From NCBI GenBank assembly GCA_017463245.1, contig JAFTPN010000017.1, positions 88,422 to 152,421 of the forward strand: a stretch of DNA of 64,000 nucleotides, given 5' to 3'. This stretch comes from Clostridia bacterium. GTDB taxonomy: Bacteria; Bacillota; Clostridia; Christensenellales; Aristaeellaceae. The first letter of the stretch is position 1. Each line of letters begins with the position of its first letter. The notes under the pieces were generated by a model that searched no databases, was not told the DNA's origin, and worked only from the letters and a program-made list of their open reading frames with translations. A program made the translations under genes and the position numbers. Below, in pieces: positions 8,696-15,417 of this stretch.

Positions 8696-8733
8696 GCGGT
8701 TTTTGTGGGAAATCAACTGGGCGATGGTTGGAG

Positions 8734-8929
8734 TTTCCACCTCATCAGTCGCCTGACGGCGACAGCTTCCCCTCAAGGGGAAGCCTTAGCGCATGGCCAT
8801 GCAAGAGCCTTCCCCTTGAGGGCGCGACGCGTTAAGAAAATATGCCAGTGGCATATTTTTAGCCAAAGCGGGGAGCAATCTGCGATTGCGACCTGGACAA
8901 GGTGGCCGAAGGCCGGATGAGGTGGAAAG
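8734..8929 (+). mobile_element. MITE-like element F2, long form
   Basis: TTTCCACCTCATC (8734-8746) ... GATGAGGTGGAAA (8917-8929). Internal hairpins: GTCGCCTGACGGCGAC, CTTCCCCTCAAGGGGAAG, AAATATGCCAGTGGCATATTT, GCAATCTGCGATTGC and GGCCGAAGGCC. It lies between the proS promoter and the argS 3' end. Confidence 0.85.
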
Positions 8930-8958
8930 TCACATGATTTGCCCAGCAACAAAGAGCC

Positions 8959-10677
8959 TTACATGCGTTCCGGCGCTTCGATGCCGATGAGCCACAAACC
9001 AGTTTTGATAACATCCTTCGCGGCCTTGGTCAGGGCGACGCGGGCGGCAGCGGCGGTGAGGTCTTCGTCCAGGATGCGATGCTCGTAGTAGAACTTGTTG
9101 TAGGCCTGGGCGATGTCGGTCACGGCGCGGGTGATCATGGAGGGCTCGTACTTCTCAGCGGCTTCCTTGATCACGTCCGGGAAGCGACCCAGCAGGCGGA
9201 GCAGCGCCTGGGCTTCATCGTCGGAAAGGGCGGCGTAGTCCACCTCGGGCAGGTCAACCTCGGCAGCCTTGCGCAGCACGGAGCAGCAGCGGGCGTGGGT
9301 GTACTGCACATAGGGGCCGGTCTCGCCGTCGAAGTTCAGGGCGCGGTCGAAGGAGAAGTCGATGTCCTTGATGCGGCCGTTGCTCAGGTCGGAGTAGATC
9401 ACAGCGCCGATGCCCACCTGGCGGGCGACTTCTTCCTTGTTGGGCAGGTTGGGGGACTTCTCGTTGATGATGTCCAGCGCCTTCTGCATGGCCTGGTTCA
9501 GCACATCCTCCAGGTAGACCACGCGACCCTTGCGGGTGGAGAAGGCCTGACCCTCAAAGGAGATCATGCCGAAGGACACGTGCACGCAGTCCTTCGCCCA
9601 GGGCTTTTCCATCTTCTCCAGCACGCGGAACAGCTGGCGGAAGTGGAGATCCTGCTGGTAGGCCACAACGTAGAGGCACTTGTCGAAATCGTAGGTGTTC
9701 TTGCGGTACACGGCGGCAGCCAGGTCGCGGGTGTGGTAGAGGGTGGCGCCATCGCGGCGCAGGATGATGCAGGGGGGCATCTTGTCCTCTTCCAGGTCCA
9801 CCACGGAGGCGCCGTCGGAAATGGTCAGCAGACCCTTTTCCCGCAGCTCGTCGATGACCACATCCATCTTATCCATGTAGAAGGACTCACCGGCGTAGGA
9901 GTCAAACTCCACGCCCAGCAGGTCATACACGCGGGCAGCGTCCTTCAGGGTGATGTCCTTGAACCAGTTCCAGATGGCGCGGGCTTCCTCATCGCCGTCC
10001 TCGATCTTCTTGAACCAGGCGCGGCCTTCATCCTCCAGGGAGGGATCCTTTTCGGCTTCCTCGTGGAACTTCACGTAGAGGCGCATCATTTCGGTGATGC
10101 CCTTCTCTTCCACTTCTTCCTTGGAGCCCCAGGTCTTGTAGGCGTAGATCATCTTGCCGAACTGGGTGCCCCAGTCGCCCAGGTGATTGATGCCCACGGT
10201 CTTGTAGCCCAGGAAATCGTGGATGCGCTTCAGGCTGTGGCCGATCATGGTGGTAGACAGGTGCCCCACACCAAAGCGCTTGGCAATGTTGATGGAGGAA
10301 TAGTCCAGGCACACGGTTTTGCCAGCACCCATGTCAGAAGAACCGTACTTCTCGCCCTGGGCGAGGACGGTGGCGAGGGTGTCCTTGGCGAAGTTCACGC
10401 GGTTGAGGAAGAAATTCATATAGCCGTTCACGGCCTCCACGCGAGCCACATCGGCATGGTTCCAGCTCTCGCACAGGGTCTGGGCGATCTTGGGGGGAGC
10501 CATGCGCAGCGCCTTGGCCAGGCGGAACACGGGGAAAGCGTAATCGCCCATGTTGGGATCCGGGGGAACAGCCAGCAGACCGCGAATTTCATCGCAGGCG
10601 GGCAGCCCCTGGGCGTCCGGCCAGGTGGCGGTGAGGCAATCAGCAGTCAGGGAGGCAATGCGGGTCATCATATCCAT
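8959..10677 (-). CDS. argS: arginine--tRNA ligase
   Basis: Track ORF trimmed to ATG 10677 (MDMMTRIASL...), with AAGGAG 10 nt upstream. Class I motifs are present: ...AKRFGVGHLSTTMIGH... (HIGH-like) and ...FSTRKGRVV... (MSTRKG, KMSK-like). Confidence 0.9.
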   Translation of the reverse strand: MDMMTRIASLTADCLTATWPDAQGLPACDEIRGLLAVPPDPNMGDYAFPVFRLAKALRMAPPKIAQTLCESWNHADVARVEAVNGYMNFFLNRVNFAKDTLATVLAQGEKYGSSDMGAGKTVCLDYSSINIAKRFGVGHLSTTMIGHSLKRIHDFLGYKTVGINHLGDWGTQFGKMIYAYKTWGSKEEVEEKGITEMMRLYVKFHEEAEKDPSLEDEGRAWFKKIEDGDEEARAIWNWFKDITLKDAARVYDLLGVEFDSYAGESFYMDKMDVVIDELREKGLLTISDGASVVDLEEDKMPPCIILRRDGATLYHTRDLAAAVYRKNTYDFDKCLYVVAYQQDLHFRQLFRVLEKMEKPWAKDCVHVSFGMISFEGQAFSTRKGRVVYLEDVLNQAMQKALDIINEKSPNLPNKEEVARQVGIGAVIYSDLSNGRIKDIDFSFDRALNFDGETGPYVQYTHARCCSVLRKAAEVDLPEVDYAALSDDEAQALLRLLGRFPDVIKEAAEKYEPSMITRAVTDIAQAYNKFYYEHRILDEDLTAAAARVALTKAAKDVIKTGLWLIGIEAPERM

Positions 10678-10713
10678 ACAAGTCAGACTCCTTTGCACAA
10701 TCATACATCCTGT

Positions 10714-10743
10714 ATCATACCATACATTCATGGTGTTTCGCAA
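10714..10743 (-). promoter_or_regulatory. candidate promoter of argS
   Basis: Minus strand: TTGCGA (10743-10738), 18-nt spacer, TGgTATGAT extended -10 (TATGAT at 10719-10714). Confidence 0.5.
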
Positions 10744-10790
10744 CGGGAGAAATCAGCAAAACATGGTAAGAAAACAAATAAAAATTATCG

Positions 10791-10819
10791 TTGCAGGCGC
10801 AACAATGGTGTGCTATGAT
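10791..10819 (+). promoter_or_regulatory. candidate promoter of the FMN-binding lipoprotein gene
   Basis: TTGCAG (10791-10796), 17-nt spacer, TGcTATGAT extended -10 (TATGAT at 10814-10819). Confidence 0.55.
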
Positions 10820-10872
10820 AGGTGTGCCTTCGGGCGAGACAAAAATTCCTTTTACTAAAGGAGGAAACAAAC

Positions 10873-11379
10873 ATGAAGAAGATTCTTTCCGTGCTGGTTG
10901 TTCTGGCTCTGCTGCTGGGCTGCACCGCCGCCCTGGCCGAGGAAACCGTGACCCTGAAGCAGGTGTACTGCGCTCCCAACGGCTCCGGCTCTGTGGGCAT
11001 TGTGACCGTGGCTCTGCAGGGCGACAAGATCGTGGCTGTGCACATCGACGAGCTGCAGTGGATGGACGTTGGCTCTGTGAGCGTGATGGACGCTGAAGGC
11101 GACCTGACCAAGGGCTTCCCCGAGGGCAAGGTGCTGGCTTCCAAGCTGGTGAACGACGAGTCCTACAGCGGCATGATGGCCGCCTACGCCGGCTCCACCG
11201 TGACCATCGCCAACAACTACGCCGCCATCGAGGCCTTCTGCGTGGGCAAGACCGTTGCCGAGCTGGAAGCCGCCATCGCTGGCCTGGACAACACCACCGC
11301 TGTGGATGCTGTTTCCGGCGCTACCCTGGTGAACACCCTGGGCTATCTGCAGAGCGTGCTGCAGGCGGCCAAGAACTAA
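10873..11379 (+). CDS. FMN-binding-domain lipoprotein (extracytoplasmic, putative flavinylated)
   Basis: ATG 10873 follows AAAGGAGGAAAC. The N-terminus MKKILSVLVVLALLLGC has a signal peptide plus lipobox. The C-terminal AVDAVSGATLVNT matches the FMN_bind / ApbE flavinylation motif Dxx(S/T)GA(T/S). Codon usage is biased (tcc, gct, gtt, ctg, aag). Confidence 0.75.
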   Translation: MKKILSVLVVLALLLGCTAALAEETVTLKQVYCAPNGSGSVGIVTVALQGDKIVAVHIDELQWMDVGSVSVMDAEGDLTKGFPEGKVLASKLVNDESYSGMMAAYAGSTVTIANNYAAIEAFCVGKTVAELEAAIAGLDNTTAVDAVSGATLVNTLGYLQSVLQAAKN

Positions 11380-11388
11380 CTGTGTTTC

Positions 11389-11563
11389 AAAAAAGTGGCC
11401 TGAAAGGCCACTTTTTTGAGTTTGCGCTCCGTCACTGTGGGCTAAAGCCCACGGCCGTTCCTCCGCGTAAGGAATGTTTCCGGCAAAGCCGGAAACGCCC
11501 CGCCCTGCCGGGAAACCCGGCGGATACGATTACAGTCAGAGGCGCTGCGGCGCCTCCGACACC
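11389..11563 (+). repeat. F3 multi-hairpin repeat, copy 1
   Basis: Shares the ordered blocks AGTGGC..GCCACT, GAG(G)GTTGCGCTCCGTC, CTGTGGGCTAAAGCCCACGG, GTTT(T/C)C(A/C)G..CTGAAAAC/CCGGAAAC, CCGCC(G)GG-AAA-CC(C/G)GGCGG, ATACGATTACAGTC and GGAGG..CCTCC with the copies at 22854 and 44524. Confidence 0.8.
11394..11418 (+). terminator. rho-independent terminator (first hairpin of repeat family F3)
   Basis: AGTGGCC-TGAAA-GGCCACT followed by TTTTTT, 15 nt after the stop codon at 11377-11379. Confidence 0.75.
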
Positions 11564-11572
11564 TCCAGGGTT

Positions 11573-11609
11573 AAAAAAGAGCGACTCGCAAGAGCCGCTC
11601 TTTTTTTTT
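11573..11609. terminator. bidirectional terminator between convergent genes
   Basis: AAAAAAGAGCGACTC-GCAA-GAGCCGCTCTTTTTTTTT has an A-run and a T-run flanking the stem. It abuts the stop of the minus-strand gene at 11609. Confidence 0.7.
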
Positions 11610-12556
11610 CATATTACCTTGATGCAAAACTCCTCGCACACCGGTGCACAGTAGCCGCAGCGGACGCACTTGTCCTGGTCGCACACACACATGCCGTCCC
11701 GGATGCTCAGCGCGCCCTGGCGGCACCGCTCCACGCACTTGCCGCAGGCGCGGCACCAGTCGTGGATGATCAGCCTGCGCGGCTCGCGCTGGGTGCGCTC
11801 GGCAGCGGCGGGGTCGGGGGCGAGGCCTTCCATCAGGCGCAGGTTCACGTCGATCTCGTCCTGGGACTGCATGCCGCAGCACACCGCATCGATGCACCTC
11901 AGGCCGTTCAGGTAGTCGAAGGCTTCAGCAGGGCTTTTCAGCAGGTGCCCGCCCCCCAGAGGCTTCATGGCGAAGATGCCGATGCCTGCGTCATGGGCGC
12001 GGGCGATGGCGGCGGCCATGTCATCCCGGGTGCCGTCAGGGATGCCTACGCCGGTGCGGTTGATCAGCGGGTGAATGATGTCCAGGCCGGGGTAGCGGGG
12101 AGCGTAGTCCACCGCGGCCACCCGGTGGGTGGAGAAGCCCACGGCCTTGATGTTCCCTTTGGCCTTTTGCTCCAAATAAAAATCGAAGGCCTCCCGGTGG
12201 CCTTTCAGGGTGAGCATATCCTCTTGCTCGTGCATGAGGAAAATGGGGATCACGTCCATGTCCAGCCTGCGGCGAGCGTCGTCGAAGGCCTCCTGGGCGG
12301 TGGGACGATCCCAGGCGTAGGACTTGGTGGAGATCATTAGATCAGGCCGCTTCTTCAGCGCCAGGCGCAGCGGCTCGTAGGTATCGTAGAGCTGGGCTGT
12401 GTCGAAAAGATTGATCCCCTGGCTGGCGGCATAGAGAATCAGCTCCGCACCTTTTTCGGGCGGAAAATCCCGCTGCATGGGGCTGATGGTCAGGGTGCCG
12501 AAGGCCAGGGGAAACACATTCAGGCCGCTTTTGCCCAGCGGCCGCAGGGTCATCAC
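11609..12556 (-). CDS. aldo/keto reductase fused to a C-terminal 4Fe-4S ferredoxin-type domain
   Basis: The N-terminus [18 protein letters not shown]...[12 protein letters not shown] is AKR-like. The C-terminus carries two Cys clusters, [11 protein letters not shown] and [11 protein letters not shown]. The GTG 12556 / ATG 12553 start overlaps the upstream stop (GTGATG). Confidence 0.75.
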   Translation of the reverse strand: MMTLRPLGKSGLNVFPLAFGTLTISPMQRDFPPEKGAELILYAASQGINLFDTAQLYDTYEPLRLALKKRPDLMISTKSYAWDRPTAQEAFDDARRRLDMDVIPIFLMHEQEDMLTLKGHREAFDFYLEQKAKGNIKAVGFSTHRVAAVDYAPRYPGLDIIHPLINRTGVGIPDGTRDDMAAAIARAHDAGIGIFAMKPLGGGHLLKSPAEAFDYLNGLRCIDAVCCGMQSQDEIDVNLRLMEGLAPDPAAAERTQREPRRLIIHDWCRACGKCVERCRQGALSIRDGMCVCDQDKCVRCGYCAPVCEEFCIKVI

Positions 12557-12813
12557 TTGGTGTGACCCTCCAGATAAAAGCGCACCAGCTCCTCCAGAAT
12601 CTCATCCCGCTCCAGGCGGCAGATCATGCTGCGGGCCTGGTTGTGGCTGGTGATATAGGTGGGATCGCCGGAAATAATATAGCCCACGATCTGCGTGATG
12701 GGGTCGTACCCCTTGGCCTGCAAGGCGTTGTAGACATACATGAGGATGTCCTGCGCCTCGTTGCCGGTTTCCTGCAGGGGCTTCAGCTTGGTGGTGTTGA
12801 ACATTTCAGGCAC
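12553..12813 (-). CDS. ireB: IreB-family regulatory phosphoprotein (UPF0297)
   Basis: ...[59 protein letters not shown] matches the UPF0297/IreB pattern. GTG 12813 lies 8 nt after AAGGAG; ATG 12804 is an alternative start. Confidence 0.75.
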   Translation of the reverse strand: MPEMFNTTKLKPLQETGNEAQDILMYVYNALQAKGYDPITQIVGYIISGDPTYITSHNQARSMICRLERDEILEELVRFYLEGHTK

Positions 12814-12930
12814 GGTGGCAGCTCCTTTACCCAATGATACATCTCTATTATACACGCTTTTCCAGTAAAACGAAAGACCTTTTTCTGGCTTTTCATGAGA
12901 AAATATTAAGAAAATTGTAACAAAATTGTT

Positions 12931-13944
12931 TCACACCCGCCAACCCCGCAGCGCACCCCGCAGGGAGACCACCACCGGCAGCGCCGCCACCATGCCCAGC
13001 GCCCCGCCCAGGAGGCCGCCAGCGGAAATGGCCAGCAGCACCGCCAGGGGATGCAGCCGCGTGGCGCCGGAGAGGAACCGGGGCGAGAGCAGCCCGCTTT
13101 CGATCTGCTGCACAAGCAGCAGTACCCCCAGCGTCCACAGGGCAGCCACCCAGCCGCCCTGCAAGGCCAGCAGCACCGCGGGGATGCCCGCGATCACCGG
13201 CCCCACATAGGGGATCAGCTCCATGATGCCCATCAGCAGCCCCAGCACCAGCCAGCCCGGCGTGCCCACCAGCAGCAGCCCTGCGGCGGTCAGCATACCC
13301 ACCGCCAGGGAAAGCAGCAGCTGTCCCCGCAGGAAATTGGCGGTCTCCCGGCGCATTTCCCGGGCGGCGCGGGTGGCGCGGGCACGGTAGCGCACGGGGA
13401 TCAGCAGCATCAGCCCGGAGGCGATGCGCCGCCTGTCACGCAGGAGGTAGAAGGCAAACAGCGGCGCCAGGAAGAGCTTGCTCAGGCTTTGCAGCGCCTG
13501 GGTCACCGCCTGGGCGACGCCGGATACCACCGCCCCCGCCCGCTGGCTCAGCTGGGCAAAAAGCTCGTCCCGCACGGGAGTCAGGTCAAGGCCGCGGGCT
13601 TGCAGAAAGGTCTGCACCCGGCCAAGCAGTTCCTCGCCCCATTGCAGCAGGGCGGGGAAGTCCGCCGCCAGCTGCCGGAACTGCTGCACCAGCGGCGGGA
13701 TCACCACCAAGAGCGCCAGGAGCGCCAGCAAGGCCAGCGCCCCGAAGGAAAGCCCTGCCGCCGCGCTGGGGGAGAGCCGCTTTTCCAGCAGGCGGCACAG
13801 GGGCAGCGCCAGCACCATGAGCAGGTACCCCGCCAGCAGCTGCACCCCCAGCGCCCACAGCACCCGTCGCAAAAGAAACGCCCCCACCATCGCCCCGGCG
13901 ATGATCCACGGCAGGCGCTTACGGTGGGCGATGCTGTGCTGCAT
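12931..13944 (-). CDS. AI-2E family (PerM/UPF0118) transporter
   Basis: 337-aa polytopic membrane protein. The sequence ...RRETANFLRGQLLLSLAVGMLTAAGLLLVGTPGWLVLGLLMGIMELIPYVGPVIAGIPAVLLAL... is typical of the family. Confidence 0.75.
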   Translation of the reverse strand: MQHSIAHRKRLPWIIAGAMVGAFLLRRVLWALGVQLLAGYLLMVLALPLCRLLEKRLSPSAAAGLSFGALALLALLALLVVIPPLVQQFRQLAADFPALLQWGEELLGRVQTFLQARGLDLTPVRDELFAQLSQRAGAVVSGVAQAVTQALQSLSKLFLAPLFAFYLLRDRRRIASGLMLLIPVRYRARATRAAREMRRETANFLRGQLLLSLAVGMLTAAGLLLVGTPGWLVLGLLMGIMELIPYVGPVIAGIPAVLLALQGGWVAALWTLGVLLLVQQIESGLLSPRFLSGATRLHPLAVLLAISAGGLLGGALGMVAALPVVVSLRGALRGWRV

Positions 13945-14008
13945 GGGGATGCTCCTTTCACAAAAGAGGCAAGGCGGTTTGCATATGCAACTGGGCAGGT
14001 TATGTTAG

Positions 14009-14205
14009 TTTCCACCTCATCCGACCTTCGGCCACCTTGTCCAGGTCGCAATCGCAGATTGCTCCCCGCTTTGGCTAAAAATATGCCACTGGCATATTTT
14101 CTTAACGCGTCGCGCCCTCAAGGGGAAGGCATATGCCCGCATGTGGACAAAGGCTTCCCCTTGAGGGGAAGCTGTCAGCGCTTGCGCTGACTGATGAGGT
14201 GGAAA
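14009..14205 (-). mobile_element. MITE-like element F2, long form (inverted relative to the copy at 8734)
   Basis: Terminal inverted repeats TTTCCACCTCATC (14009-14021) and GATGAGGTGGAAA (14193-14205). The interior is colinear with the reverse complement of 8734-8929, including the AAATATGCCAcTGGCATATTT and GCAATC-gca-GATTGC hairpins. Confidence 0.8.
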
Positions 14206-14231
14206 CTGGCGGGCTGAACAGCGCAACACAT

Positions 14232-14357
14232 TTACATGTTGTTTTTCATCCAGCGCTTGGCCATGTTCACCTTCCGGCGGATCATCCGCCCGGCGGGCAT
14301 CATCATCATACCGGCGCCCAGCATAAAGCCCATGGCGCCCATTGCTATTTTACCCAT
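14232..14357 (-). CDS. small Met-rich membrane-associated protein (41 aa; below ORF-track cutoff)
   Basis: Hand translation gives MGKIAMGAMGFMLGAGMMMMPAGRMIRRKVNMAKRWMKNNM*. AGGAGGTGCGCAT places GGAGG 7 nt before the ATG. It starts 18 nt downstream of the PRC-barrel gene stop. Confidence 0.5.
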   Translation of the reverse strand: MGKIAMGAMGFMLGAGMMMMPAGRMIRRKVNMAKRWMKNNM

Positions 14358-14375
14358 ATGCGCACCTCCTTTCGG

Positions 14376-14834
14376 TCAATGGAGGATCCGCTCCAGGGTG
14401 CAGCCGCAGGGGATCAGCACCTGGCCGGGTTCCTCCGGCTGGGGACGCACCACAAACTGCCGCGCCAGCATTCGTCCCAGGGTCAACTCTTCCACCAGCC
14501 CCAGGCTGATCTCCAGCGCGGTGACCTGCATGGTGGCGGGGTTCACATAGGCGTCCGTCACCCGTCCCAGGTTCAGCCCGGCGGTGTCCTTCACGCTGGT
14601 GAGGGTGAAGGACGCATCCCGTGGCAAGCGGGCAGGCTTGCGCCGCAGGATCACGGACACATCCCCCATAACGGCAATGGCCTCGGCTTCCACCCACTTG
14701 GCGCTGCCCAGCCCATGGCGCACCACCAGCCCCCGCAGGGCGCGGCCATCCGGGGTGAGAACGGTTTGCTCCACCAGCCCCACCAGTTGGCCGTTCAGCG
14801 CGGCAGGCAGACCCACCAGACTGCCCAGGCGCAT
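14376..14834 (-). CDS. PRC-barrel domain protein (two repeats)
   Basis: Track ORF trimmed to ATG 14834 (MRLGSLVGLPA...). Two segments have the PRC-barrel/YlmC-like pattern (G..VG.V....L...G.L.GLVV ; GLNLGRVTDAYVNPATMQVTALEIS). Confidence 0.6.
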   Translation of the reverse strand: MRLGSLVGLPAALNGQLVGLVEQTVLTPDGRALRGLVVRHGLGSAKWVEAEAIAVMGDVSVILRRKPARLPRDASFTLTSVKDTAGLNLGRVTDAYVNPATMQVTALEISLGLVEELTLGRMLARQFVVRPQPEEPGQVLIPCGCTLERILH

Positions 14835-14977
14835 CACAGGTCGTCCGCGTCCTGCACGGGCACGTCCCACTCGTCATCCCAGGGGACGCCGGTGTAGGAA
14901 CCCAGCACGTCGTAGGGATTTTTCTTCTGCTGCTCGCGGATGATGGCGTCCACCAGCTCCTTGGGTCGCTTGTTCAT
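14834..14977 (-). CDS. small acidic protein (47 aa; below ORF-track cutoff)
   Basis: Hand translation gives MNKRPKELVDAIIREQQKKNPYDVLGSYTGVPWDDEWDVPVQDADDL*. GAAGGAGGAATGCCGCC precedes the ATG. Its TGA overlaps the ATG of the PRC-barrel gene (ATGA), which suggests translational coupling. Confidence 0.55.
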   Translation of the reverse strand: MNKRPKELVDAIIREQQKKNPYDVLGSYTGVPWDDEWDVPVQDADDL

Positions 14978-15061
14978 GGCGGCATTCCTCCTTCGCAGAA
15001 AAAGATTGCCCGGACGGGCGCGGATTCATGATGAAAACTTGTGGAAAAAGAAAATGAAAAA

Positions 15062-15162
15062 GGCTCCCCTTCGTAGGGGAGCTGTCTGAGCGTAGCGAAG
15101 ACTGAGGGGTTAACCCCTCCGGCTCGCCTTGCGGCGACCCACCTCCCCGATGAAGGGGAGGC
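15062..15162 (-). repeat. partial hairpin-train (F1) element
   Basis: GGCTCCCCTTCGTAGGGGAGC, GAGGGGTTAACCCCTC and CCTCCCCGATGAAGGGGAGG correspond to the reverse complement of modules in the 3342-3697 copy (GGCTCAACCCCTC..., CTCCCCTACGAAGGGGAGCC). Confidence 0.6.
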
Positions 15163-15171
15163 ATTATTGCT

Positions 15172-15330
15172 TTATTCTTCCTCGAACATATCCTTGCCCA
15201 CGCCGCACAGGGGGCAGACCCAATCCTCGGGAACATTTTCCCATTCGGTGCCGGGCGCCACGCCGTTGTCGGGATCGCCGGATTCCACTTCGTACACATA
15301 GCCGCAAACCGTGCAAACATAATGCTTCAT
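15172..15330 (-). CDS. rubredoxin (52 aa; below ORF-track cutoff)
   Basis: Hand translation gives [52 protein letters not shown]. It has the two canonical CxxCG / CPxCG iron-binding knuckles. AAAGGAGATCAAGGCT precedes the ATG. Confidence 0.9.
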   Translation of the reverse strand: MKHYVCTVCGYVYEVESGDPDNGVAPGTEWENVPEDWVCPLCGVGKDMFEEE

Positions 15331-15417
15331 AGCCTTGATCTCCTTTCGTTGGGGGAGGTTTGCCTCCTGAAAAGAGTATCAACGTTTTTGCGGCGGGTGA
15401 AACAGGTTTTTTGAAAA

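Noticed and set aside
6683-8776. N-terminal extensions of track ORFs that read through repeats or leaders: proS to 8776, trmH-like to 19183, mfd to 48515, rqcH to 34789, glgP to 6208, GH27 to 25403, ECF sigma from 33809.
   Set aside because: The extra residues are translations of hairpin repeats or the T-box leader (e.g. ...IPHSEFRIPNS..., ...PLKGKP...). Internal ATGs with good SDs coincide with the N-termini expected from homologs, so I trimmed the starts.
8734-8929. F2 elements considered as integron attC sites or IS-element ends.
   Set aside because: The termini do not resemble RYYYAAC/GTTRRRY cores. No intI, transposase or promoterless cassette array is present. A non-autonomous MITE-like repeat is the more economical reading.
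8934-8990. Short plus-strand ORF starting 9 nt after the SD-like GAGGTGG of the MITE terminus.
   Set aside because: It is only about 18 codons, lies entirely antisense to the argS 3' end, and has no equivalent at the other MITE copies.
10678-10872. A T-box or other leader upstream of argS.
   Set aside because: There is no GGTGGTACCGCG-like T-box sequence or terminator/antiterminator pair. The leader from the candidate promoter is only about 30 nt.
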